Source: Flavobacteriaceae bacterium
GTDB lineage: Bacteria > Bacteroidota > Bacteroidia > Flavobacteriales > Flavobacteriaceae
DNA length: 32,000 nucleotides
Assembly: GCA_965224465.1 (NCBI GenBank)
Contig: OZ245049.1
Location: 2,160,001-2,192,000, forward strand
Direction: 5' to 3'
Positions 6,118-14,135 of this stretch are shown here, piece by piece. Numbering within the stretch: position 1 is the stretch's first letter; each line of letters begins with the position of its first letter. Below the pieces are notes generated by a model that saw only the letters and a list, made by a program, of their open reading frames with translations, was not told the origin of the DNA and did not search any database. The position numbers and the translations under genes were made by a program.

Positions 6118-7335
6118 TTATCTTAGTTTTATATATCCGTAATAATTATTTATAAAAGAAGCTTTTGATAATCGTAACTTTTTTTTATCTGAACATTTGT
6201 CTCTTTTAAAGTCTCCCCAAGTAACAACGTCAAATTTTACATCTGTTACTATATCATAATCAGATTCAGTTTCGCCTTTAGAATTTAATATTTCTAGATT
6301 CCCTTCATAAGTTACCCAATGATACTCACCAAAGTCTGTTATGTCATAATCAGATTTATTACTCATCATATCCGCATCAATCATCATACATATTTCATAT
6401 CCGTTTTGATAATCTTTATCAATATCTTTTTCTAAAATTCTAATTTTTTCATCAGACCCAAAAAAATCTCTTATGTATGACTTATTAACCTTATAATAAT
6501 CCATTTCTACGGTACTATATCCTAAGAGTTTCTTTCCTAAACTAGTCATTAACCAAGGCCAATTTATGGCAGAAGCATCTTGTCCTTTCTTACCTGTATA
6601 ACCAAAATTACTTTCTTTACTACGAGTGGTAGCCATAGTAATCCAGTCAACTTCAGGTATCCAAGGATGTTCTTTGGAAGTTTCCGGATCTGTATTATAC
6701 ATTTCTTCTTTCGCATCTTTATCAGGCTCTACCGTATACCCATTGTGAATTGCCTTCCCTGTTCTATGAAGTGTTTCTGCAAGTTTTTTATAACCTTGTT
6801 TGTCCTTTTTAACAAAAATATAAAACAAACAAGCCATCCCGCAAAGTGAAGTTCCTCCTTGATTTATTTTCCACGGCTTATTTAATCTTTCTTCTATTTG
6901 TTGTTCTACAATTTTTCTATCAAAATATCTAAATCTGTAATGGTGAAACACATCTAATTCAGCTTCTTTTGACTTATCTTCTATATAGGCATAGAAAGTG
7001 ATTTCTCGTCCACAAAAATCTAAATCATCAGTTTTAAAAGTGATTTTTTCTCCTGTTTGTTTGATATTACCAATAACAACTTCATTGTCTTTTGAATAGC
7101 CATAGTTCCATTTTATATTACTGGTGTTTTTTGGAGGCTTGTTGTTTTTAAATTTCGTAACTTTTAACGTATATTCTTTACCATGAATCATACCTTTAGA
7201 CTTGTTAGTTCCTCCGTTGGTAGAACCTTCATCTAAATCGAATATTTCAATTTTTTCAACAAAACATTTTTTTACCTTAGGCAGTTTAATCGTAGTTTTA
7301 GTATTTGGATACCCTTTTATTATTACTGTTGCCAT
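6118..7335 (-). CDS. Full-length polymorphic toxin/effector (405 aa): N-terminal beta-rich domain of unknown function plus papain-fold, C39-like cysteine hydrolase domain
   Basis: The motif NQGGTSLCGMACL matches the Q-x5-C-G-x-A-C-L signature I recall for peptidase C39-type papain-fold enzymes. A candidate catalytic His lies in GEYHWVTYEG. The gene starts 2 nt after the TssD-like gene stop and is followed by a lipoprotein gene. Confidence 0.7.
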   Translation of the reverse strand: MATVIIKGYPNTKTTIKLPKVKKCFVEKIEIFDLDEGSTNGGTNKSKGMIHGKEYTLKVTKFKNNKPPKNTSNIKWNYGYSKDNEVVIGNIKQTGEKITFKTDDLDFCGREITFYAYIEDKSKEAELDVFHHYRFRYFDRKIVEQQIEERLNKPWKINQGGTSLCGMACLFYIFVKKDKQGYKKLAETLHRTGKAIHNGYTVEPDKDAKEEMYNTDPETSKEHPWIPEVDWITMATTRSKESNFGYTGKKGQDASAINWPWLMTSLGKKLLGYSTVEMDYYKVNKSYIRDFFGSDEKIRILEKDIDKDYQNGYEICMMIDADMMSNKSDYDITDFGEYHWVTYEGNLEILNSKGETESDYDIVTDVKFDVVTWGDFKRDKCSDKKKLRLSKASFINNYYGYIKLR

Positions 7336-7337
7336 AA

Positions 7338-8027
7338 TTAATTTTCTTGTAAAATTGCTTTTAAGGGGATGGATTCAATATCGTTAGTGATTTGAACTTC
7401 TAACGTATCGTTTTCTAGTTTTATTCCATGATGTTCATAATCTAATTTCTGATCATCTAAGTTAAACTTAAACGTTTTTCCCACAGCGTTGCTACTTTCT
7501 ATTACGAGCATAATTTCTTCATCAACATCAATATCATTTTTTTCAAGTTCATTCCCATCTAAATCTTCTATATGATATTTATTGATCTCTGGTTCATCAT
7601 TTAAAACTGTTGGTTCAACAGTATCTTCTTTAAAAGTTTCTCTCCAAGAGGCAGAATACACACCAAACGAGTTAGAATCTTCTACACCAGCACAGGTAAT
7701 TTCTAAAGTTTCCGTCATTGGATCTGAGCCTGTAGAAGAAAAATTGGTTTTCCAATTTACAAGATGACAGTCATAGAAAAATATTTTTCTTGTTTTCCCT
7801 CCCACAATAACGGAATTAATATGTAATACTAGCTGTTTTGTTTGCCTGGAGGAAAAAGACCATTCCGTAAGATTTATGTCTTTTCTAGTTTCTATAATTA
7901 GTTTAAAACCTAGAAATATAGGTGTCTGTGAGGGTCTGCCGTTAGGGTTTGCTCCTTGATTAAATCTGATCGTAAACAATAGTACGTTTACTTCTTTTCC
8001 ATCTATTATTAATGTTGCTTTTACCAT
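7338..8027 (-). CDS. tssD: TssD/Hcp-like T6SS tube protein with an acidic C-terminal extension of about 100 aa (229 aa)
   Basis: The N-terminal ~125 aa (KATLIIDGKEVNVLLFTIRFNQGANPNGRPSQTPIFLGFKLIIETRKDINLTEWSF...GSDPMTETLEITCAGV) follow the pattern I recall for Bacteroidota TssD (L..DG.E.NVL....F.Q.....GRPS..P.GG......E......L.EW ... PM...L.I). This call is from memory, not from a search. Confidence 0.6.
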   Translation of the reverse strand: MVKATLIIDGKEVNVLLFTIRFNQGANPNGRPSQTPIFLGFKLIIETRKDINLTEWSFSSRQTKQLVLHINSVIVGGKTRKIFFYDCHLVNWKTNFSSTGSDPMTETLEITCAGVEDSNSFGVYSASWRETFKEDTVEPTVLNDEPEINKYHIEDLDGNELEKNDIDVDEEIMLVIESSNAVGKTFKFNLDDQKLDYEHHGIKLENDTLEVQITNDIESIPLKAILQEN

Positions 8028-8361
8028 CGTTATTTTTTTCGTTTTAGGAAGGTGTTTTTAATGTTGCCAATAACCACTGTCCAACATTGCAAAGCTACCA
8101 TCATTGAGTATCCATTTATCCTACAATGCAGCATTACGTTTATTATCCAGACACATATACCTGTAAGCAACTATCAAAGTTACATAAAATAGATATATGC
8201 AATAATTGTTCTTTGATTGTATTTCCCTGTTTTTTTTGATACTTAAAAACCGTTACCTCAATATAGGCAATGCTTCAAAAAAGATAAAATTTAGAACTAG
8301 ACACTTATTTTTAGCTGTTTTTAACAGATAAAATTACAAATCGTTTACTCACAACGCTGAA

Positions 8362-8657
8362 TTATCTGCACCTACTTATTAAAAAGGAAGGAAACAATTT
8401 GTACAGCTCATCATAATCTAAGTCTATACATTTATCTAGTGGATATTCGCATGCCCGAATTAACTTCATGTAATGGTTTACCGTATTTAGAGAAACACCT
8501 ACCCCACTCCCGATAGAACAGTTGCTTTCTCCATTTCTATGTAATGTAATATTTTGTTTTAAATCCATCGAACCAAGTATATGAGCCCTGTTGCTCTTTA
8601 GACAACAATTTAGTTAAACTTGATCTGTTAAAGTGGTACTAATTGAAACGTGGCAGT
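8362..8657 (-). pseudogene. Remnant of a second IS21-family element: IstA N-terminal HTH fragment plus terminal repeat region
   Basis: The 68-aa ORF MDLKQNITLHRNGESNCSIGSGVGVSLNTVNHYMKLIRACEY... resembles IstA N-termini and then runs out of frame. Downstream, AAGTGGTAC/ACGTGGCAG motifs resemble IS21 reiterated end motifs. The outer boundary is approximate. Confidence 0.55.
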
Positions 8658-8766
8658 CACAATAAAACCCAACTAAAAACAGGAATACACACTGTTTTTT
8701 AGAAAATAAAGGCTCAACTTGTAAATAGCGTATTTATTTCGTAACTTACTGAAAAACAGAATCATT

Positions 8767-9102
8767 ATGGATAATTCAGCTATTTTAAAATATTTTGACT
8801 GTCTAGATGTAACTAAGCAGGATATTTTGCTTAAAGAATTTCAGTCTCTTTGTAAATCAGGAAGTTATGTAGATATTATTAAAATGAGAGGGAATGCTTT
8901 AGATGACAGAAGGGGTGAATGCCCTTACTGCAATGGCTATCACTATATAAAAGCAGGTGTTGATAAAAACAGCAGGCGTTATAAATGTAAAGATTGTAAA
9001 CGTACTTTTACTGAATTTACCGGCAGTTGGCTAGCTGGGATACACAAAAAGCAACGCATACCAGCCTTTTTAAAAACACTTGAATTGAATTTAAGTTTGG
9101 TT
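8767..9102 (+). pseudogene. IS1595-family transposase, N-terminal part (zinc ribbon), cut by the IS4 insertion
   Basis: It carries CPYCNGYHY...YKCKDCKRTF. The reading frame ...TLELNLSLV continues as KTGKDLSIDPGTAFRWRH at 10683 once the IS4 element and one TSD copy are removed. Confidence 0.8.
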
Positions 9103-10676
9103 ACTCAAGTTTCGCACCCATCATTTACAGGTGTTTAAGTAAAAATAAATAGCATGAAAACCAAGGTAATCCCCTGGTTTTATTGTACTTTTAAGTACGA
9201 ACAAGAAAGTACAAAACATGCTAGAACACGAAGATATCACAAAAACACAGGAGATAAAAGGAAAATTTAATAAGATTTGGCTTAGTTCAGAATACCTACA
9301 AGCACATCTAAATATTTTAGGATTCAATAAAATTAAAAACAAGTTTAGTTGGTGTAAGAAATCGGGGATTTCATTCGGTAATTTAATCTCTACACTTTTA
9401 ATTTTACCTATTATCGGATTTGATTCTATTCATGGACTTACAAGTAGTAAAGACAAGGGATTAGGTCAGTCGGGTAAAGATTCATACTATCGAATCCTAG
9501 CAAATCAAAAGATAAATTGGAGGGTTTTTCTAGCTCAGTTTGTGAAGCAATATCTATTAAAAGAAGAGTTCTTTACTCCATCTCAAGACGCTACAAAGTG
9601 CTTGATCTTTGACGATACTGATCTTTCTAAAACAGGAAAGACAATTGAAGGTGTTTCAAAAATATACAACCATGTGTCAAAAACGTATTACCTAGGCTTT
9701 AAGCTACTTGTAGCTGGTTATTGGAATGGAAGTGTATTTATCCCTGTTGACTTTAGTTTGCATCGTGAAAGTAAAACATCAAAATTAAAATACGGTCTAA
9801 CGGCGAAGCAACGTAGGCTTCAAAAGAAAACTCCAAGATGTAGTAAAACAATTGCAGCAAAGAGGTATCAGGAACTCAATAAAAAGAAAACAGACCTGCT
9901 AGTTCAAATGTTCTCAAGGCTTGTAAAACGTAAAATCCCCATAGATTACATCTTAATAGATACCTGGTTTACAAGTGTTAAATTACTTAGAAAGCTACGG
10001 AACATTAGTAGTTCAACTCATATTATTGGGATGTATAAATACAACAGTAAGATTGAAGTTCGATCAAAGATAAAAACGTTGTCACAACTCAAAAAACAGA
10101 AAATAAAACCAAAACGATGCCGTAAATTCAATTATTACTACCATCATTACATAACTGAAATTGATGGTCTTAAGGTTGCTGTATTTATTTCAAAAGGTGG
10201 AAAGAATGGCAAATGGCACACGTTAATATCAACGGATACAACACTGAAATTTGTAAAGGCTATTGAAATATACAGTATCAGATGGTCCATAGAAGTGTTT
10301 TTTAAAGAAGCTAAGCAGTTGTTTGGTCTTGGAAAATGTCAGTCTACTAATTTCGATATTCAAATCGCACAAATAAGCATTATAATGGTTCAATATTTAC
10401 TCACCAGTATTCGATATAGAATGGAAGCCTACGAAACTATAGGAGGCTTGTTTAAAGATTTAAAACAAGATTATATAGAGAATAAGCTAAACATCAGGAT
10501 ATTAGCAGTTATCAGCTTGGTGATTGACATTTTGGAAAAGATGATTGAATCTATTGATGTTGAAATGGTTACACGTAAAATAATAGCGAATATTGAAGAT
10601 TTTGGATTCCTAGTGAATACCCACAAGCTTAACTATCAAGAGGTTGCGTAAATCTATCTAAGTGCGAAACTTGAGT
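9103..10676 (+). mobile_element. IS4-family insertion sequence, 1574 bp, with perfect 15-bp terminal inverted repeats and a 6-bp (possibly 7-bp) target duplication TTGGTT
   Basis: The left repeat is actcaagtttcgcac (9103-9117) and the right repeat is gtgcgaaacttgagt (10662-10676). TTGGTT occurs at 9097-9102 and 10677-10682. Confidence 0.85.
9218..10651 (+). CDS. IS4-family DDE transposase (477 aa)
   Basis: The C-terminal motif YSIRWSIEVFFKEAK fits the Y-x2-R-x3-E-x6-K signature. The gene lies within an element bounded by inverted repeats. Confidence 0.85.
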   Translation: MLEHEDITKTQEIKGKFNKIWLSSEYLQAHLNILGFNKIKNKFSWCKKSGISFGNLISTLLILPIIGFDSIHGLTSSKDKGLGQSGKDSYYRILANQKINWRVFLAQFVKQYLLKEEFFTPSQDATKCLIFDDTDLSKTGKTIEGVSKIYNHVSKTYYLGFKLLVAGYWNGSVFIPVDFSLHRESKTSKLKYGLTAKQRRLQKKTPRCSKTIAAKRYQELNKKKTDLLVQMFSRLVKRKIPIDYILIDTWFTSVKLLRKLRNISSSTHIIGMYKYNSKIEVRSKIKTLSQLKKQKIKPKRCRKFNYYYHHYITEIDGLKVAVFISKGGKNGKWHTLISTDTTLKFVKAIEIYSIRWSIEVFFKEAKQLFGLGKCQSTNFDIQIAQISIIMVQYLLTSIRYRMEAYETIGGLFKDLKQDYIENKLNIRILAVISLVIDILEKMIESIDVEMVTRKIIANIEDFGFLVNTHKLNYQEVA

Positions 10677-11378
10677 TTGGTTAAAACAGGAAAGGATCTT
10701 TCCATAGATCCAGGGACGGCATTTAGATGGCGTCATCGTTTTTTATCTGCTATGTTCCAAGAAACCACAGGTCATTTCAAAGGAATCACCGAGAGTGATG
10801 AGACCTTTTATTTACACAGTCAAAAAGGTAAAAAGTGTGTACATAGACCTCCCAGAAGTAGATCCGAAAAGAAAGGGGCAGGTATAACAAAAGAATACGC
10901 AACGGTATTAACAACCCAAGATAGAGCAGAACTATGCGTTTCTAAATTTACAAATATGGGCAGAATTACCAAGAGTAATATAAAAAACACTATCGGAAGC
11001 ATGGTAGATAATAGAACCGTATTTTGTTCTGATGGACACCGTAGTTTTACTGGGTTTAGTAAGGATTTACATTTAGAGCATCATGTTTTAAACAGTAGTA
11101 AAAACCAACGAGTCAAAGGGACTTATCATATTCAGCACATCAATAGTTTGCATAGTAGGTTAAAGACATTTTGTAACGTAAAATTAAAAGGAGTATCCAC
11201 AAAATATCTTCAAAAATATTTAAATTGGCAAACAATTAAAGATTCATATCGTAAAGAATCAAATTGGGTAGTTACTGTCCTTAAGTACTCAATGAAACGT
11301 TCAAATGCAATTAAAATATATAACAATATCCAAACTGATTATGACAAAATTTTTATAACAACGCTAAATGCTAGTTGA
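10677..11378 (+). pseudogene. IS1595-family transposase, C-terminal (DDE) part
   Basis: It continues the 8767-9102 frame. The listed GTG start at 10662 lies inside the IS4 right inverted repeat and is an artefact. Confidence 0.8.
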
Positions 11379-11486
11379 GCCAAAATAAAATGAAATAATT
11401 ATTTTTTTACAAACACCACGAAAACGATTGAACAGTACGTTTCTGACAATAAACGGTAAGTTTTCTTTAATAAACGGTATAATTAA

Positions 11487-11518
11487 CTTGTGTTAACCAA
11501 TAATTCATTGTAACTTTG
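11487..11518 (+). promoter_or_regulatory. Candidate Bacteroidota sigma-A promoter for the CAP gene (TTG-N20-TAACTTTG), repeated in units 2 and 3
   Basis: TAACTTTG at 11511-11518 matches the -7 consensus TAnnTTTG, with cTTG 20 nt upstream. The same motif occurs at 12755-12762 and 13998-14005. It is embedded in overlapping inverted repeats (attgtaac/gttacaat and gtcaaaa/ttttgac). Confidence 0.35.
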
Positions 11519-11646
11519 CAATGTCAAAAAGAAACATGTTACAATTTTGACGCAAAAAAAAAGCTACTTAAATAACACATTGAATCTGATCAATCCAACT
11601 GTTATTAAGACTATCAAAAACTAAAATTCTTCTAAAATTTTACACT

Positions 11647-12189
11647 ATGAAAGCAACAGTAAAAAATTTCTTGATCATTTCTTTAATCACTATTAGTTCT
11701 ATTTCTTTCACTTCTTGCTCTAAAGACGGAGCTACCGAAGACATCTACTTAAACGAAGACCAAACAAGCGCAGTTAACAACGCTACAGGAAACACCACTA
11801 CATATACTTACACTTCTATAGAAAACGAGACCATTAACATAGTAAACACATACAGAGCATCTATTGGACTAAACAGCCTTACAAAAATAAGTTCAATCTC
11901 TGAGCAAGCAGCAACTCACACAAACTACATTATTAAGAAAGGAAAAATAAGCCACGACAATTTTAATCAACGTTCAAATTTCTTAAAAAATAACATACGT
12001 GCAAAATCTGTAGGTGAAAATGTAGCTTCTGGATTCTCTACTGCTAAATCTGTTTTAAACGGATGGTTAAACAGCCCTACACACAGAGCAATTATAGAAG
12101 ACCCGAAATACACACACACTGGAATAGCTATCAAAACTGATGAAAATGGTAAAAAGTATTTTGTTCAGATGTTTGTTGTAAAAAAATAA
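11647..12189 (+). CDS. CAP/SCP (PR-1-like, YkwD-type) domain lipoprotein, copy 1 (180 aa)
   Basis: It has a signal peptide plus lipobox (SFTSC). The CAP-type pattern is N.YR...GL..L......A..H..Y......SH..F..R......VGENVA.G......V..W..SP.HR..I. It differs from copies 2 and 3 at 2 residues. Confidence 0.85.
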   Translation: MKATVKNFLIISLITISSISFTSCSKDGATEDIYLNEDQTSAVNNATGNTTTYTYTSIENETINIVNTYRASIGLNSLTKISSISEQAATHTNYIIKKGKISHDNFNQRSNFLKNNIRAKSVGENVASGFSTAKSVLNGWLNSPTHRAIIEDPKYTHTGIAIKTDENGKKYFVQMFVVKK

Positions 12190-12225
12190 AACCCCGTAAT
12201 AATTCAATCAGATTACTGATGCCGT

Positions 12226-12261
12226 CAGCCTTTCATATCAAATGAAAGGCTGTTTGTTTTT
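12226..12261 (+). terminator. Rho-independent terminator after CAP copy 1
   Basis: The hairpin is cagcctttcat-atcaa-atgaaaggctg, followed by tttgttttt. Confidence 0.7.
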
Positions 12262-12336
12262 AATACGTTTGCCTATTCATCACGCCTCATCTAAACAACG
12301 CCTTCACCTCTTTATAATAGAACAGCTTCCTTTTAT

Positions 12337-12390
12337 ACCAAATACATTTCTGTAATAAACTATAACTATCTGTTATTTTGGATTGTAATT
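12337..12390 (-). repeat. Short derivative of the MITE-like element, retaining both ends and lacking the interior
   Basis: accaaatacatttc...tttggattgtaatt matches the two ends of the full element at 14827-14980. The interior is replaced by ~25 nt. Confidence 0.45.
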
Positions 12391-12890
12391 AGCATTAGTA
12401 CATTCATTCAACGCCCCCAACCCAAGGAACCGAGGAATAAATCACTCCATGAAGGAATAAAACAGTTCGTTTCTTTAACAGCTTTTTAAAAAACCAAATT
12501 CCCTTTACCAAAACCCAAACCATTTTACGCTATAAAACTGCTTTATCTTAAGAAGTTAAACTCAAAAAAGAACTCTTAAACACAATAAAACACAACTAAA
12601 AACAGGAATACACACTGTTTTTTAGAAAATAAAATGAAATAATTAATTTTTTACAAACGCCACGAAAACGATTGAACAGTACGTTTCTAACAATAAACGG
12701 TAAGTTTTCTTTAATAAACGGTATAATTAACTTGTGTTAACCAATAATTCATTGTAACTTTGCAGTGTCAAAAAGAAACATGTTACAATTTTGACGCAAA
12801 AAAAAAGCTACTTAAATAACACCTTGAATCTGATCAATCCAACTGTTATTAAGACTATCAAAAACTAAAATTCTTCTAAAATTTTACACT

Positions 12891-13433
12891 ATGAAAGCAA
12901 CAGTAAAAAATTTCTTGATCATTTCTTTAATCACTATTAGTTCTATTTCTTTCACTTCTTGCTCTAAAGACGGAGCTACCGAAGACATCTACTTAAACGA
13001 AGACCAAACAAGCGCAGTTAACAACGCTACAGGAAACACCACTACATATACTTACACTTCTATAGAAAGTGAAACCATTAATATAGTAAACACATACAGA
13101 GTATCTATCGGACTAAACAGCCTTACAAAAATAAGTTCAATCTCTGAACAAGCAGCAACTCACACAAACTACATTATTAAGAAAGGAAAAATAAGCCACG
13201 ACAACTTTAATCAACGTTCAAATTTCTTAAAAAATAACATACGTGCAAAATCTGTAGGTGAAAATGTAGCTTCTGGATTCTCTACTGCTAAATCTGTTTT
13301 AAACGGATGGTTAAACAGCCCTACACACAGAGCAATTATAGAAGACCCGAAATACACACACACTGGAATAGCTATCAAAACTGATGAAAATGGTAAAAAG
13401 TATTTTGTTCAGATGTTTGTTGTAAAAAAATAA
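12891..13433 (+). CDS. CAP/SCP domain lipoprotein, copy 2 (180 aa)
   Basis: The protein is identical to copy 3. Confidence 0.85.
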   Translation: MKATVKNFLIISLITISSISFTSCSKDGATEDIYLNEDQTSAVNNATGNTTTYTYTSIESETINIVNTYRVSIGLNSLTKISSISEQAATHTNYIIKKGKISHDNFNQRSNFLKNNIRAKSVGENVASGFSTAKSVLNGWLNSPTHRAIIEDPKYTHTGIAIKTDENGKKYFVQMFVVKK

Positions 13434-13469
13434 AACCCCGTAATAATTCAATCAGATTACTGATGCCGT

Positions 13470-13505
13470 CAGCCTTTCATATCAAATGAAAGGCTGTTTG
13501 TTTTT
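13470..13505 (+). terminator. Rho-independent terminator after CAP copy 2
   Basis: It has the same hairpin and T-run as 12226-12261. Confidence 0.7.
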
Positions 13506-13580
13506 AATACGTTTGCCTATTCATCACGCCTCATCTAAACAACGCCTTCACCTCTTTATAATAGAACAGCTTCCTTTTAT

Positions 13581-13634
13581 ACCAAATACATTTCTGTAAT
13601 AAACTATAACTATCTGTTATTTTGGATTGTAATT
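13581..13634 (-). repeat. Short derivative of the MITE-like element (unit 2 copy)
   Basis: It is identical in structure to 12337-12390. Confidence 0.45.
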
Positions 13635-14135
13635 AGCATTAGTACATTCATTCAACGCCCCCAACCCAAGGAACCGAGGAATAAATCACTCCATGAAGGA
13701 ATAAAACAGTTCGTTTCTTTAACAGCTTTTTAAAAAACCAAATTCCCTTTACCAAAACCCAAACCATTTTACGCTATAAAACTGCTTTATCTTAAGAAGT
13801 TAAACTCAAAAAAGAACTCTTAAACACAATAAAACTCAACTAAAAACAGGAATACACACTGTTTTTTACAAAATAAGATGAAATAATTAATTTTTTTTAA
13901 CGCTACGAAAACGATTGAATAGTGCATTTCTGACAACAAACGGTAAGTTTTCTTTAATAAACGGCATAATTAACTTGTGTTAACCAATAATTCAGTGTAA
14001 CTTTGCAGTGTCAAAAAGAAACACTTTACAATTTTGACGCAAAATAAAAAAGCTACTTAAATAACACATTGAATCTGATCAATCCAACTGTTATTAAGAC
14101 TATCAAAAACTAAAATTCTTCTAAAATTTTACACT

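Larger units (their letters stand above)
8711..11381 (+). mobile_element. IS1595-family element (about 1.09 kb without its passenger) with 8-bp target duplication AAAATAAA, interrupted by a nested IS4-family element
   Basis: The terminal inverted repeats are ggctcaacttgtaaatagcg (8711-8730) and cgctaaatgctagttgagcc (11362-11381). AAAATAAA occurs at 8703-8710 and 11382-11389. The unoccupied site (tagAAAATAAAatgaaat) is preserved in tandem-repeat units 2 and 3. Confidence 0.85.

Noticed and set aside
4227-6849. Plus-strand ORFs 4227-4424 and 6580-6849, which share the N-terminus MSFLTCITKITFFTTSGSHSNPVNFRYPRMFF...
   Set aside because: They are antisense shadows of the identical toxin repeat blocks (3952-4373 and 6305-6726). 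They are repeated only because the underlying minus-strand gene is repeated. Their composition is low-complexity and they have no start context.
8362-8568. The 68-aa HTH ORF as a stand-alone transcriptional regulator of the adjacent TssD-like operon
   Set aside because: The sequence matches the N-terminus of IS21-type IstA transposases and then loses its frame. IS21-like end motifs lie next to it, so it is an IS remnant.
10662-10676. The listed GTG start of ORF 10662-11378
   Set aside because: These bases are the right inverted repeat of the nested IS4 element. The real reading frame is the continuation of the interrupted IS1595 transposase.
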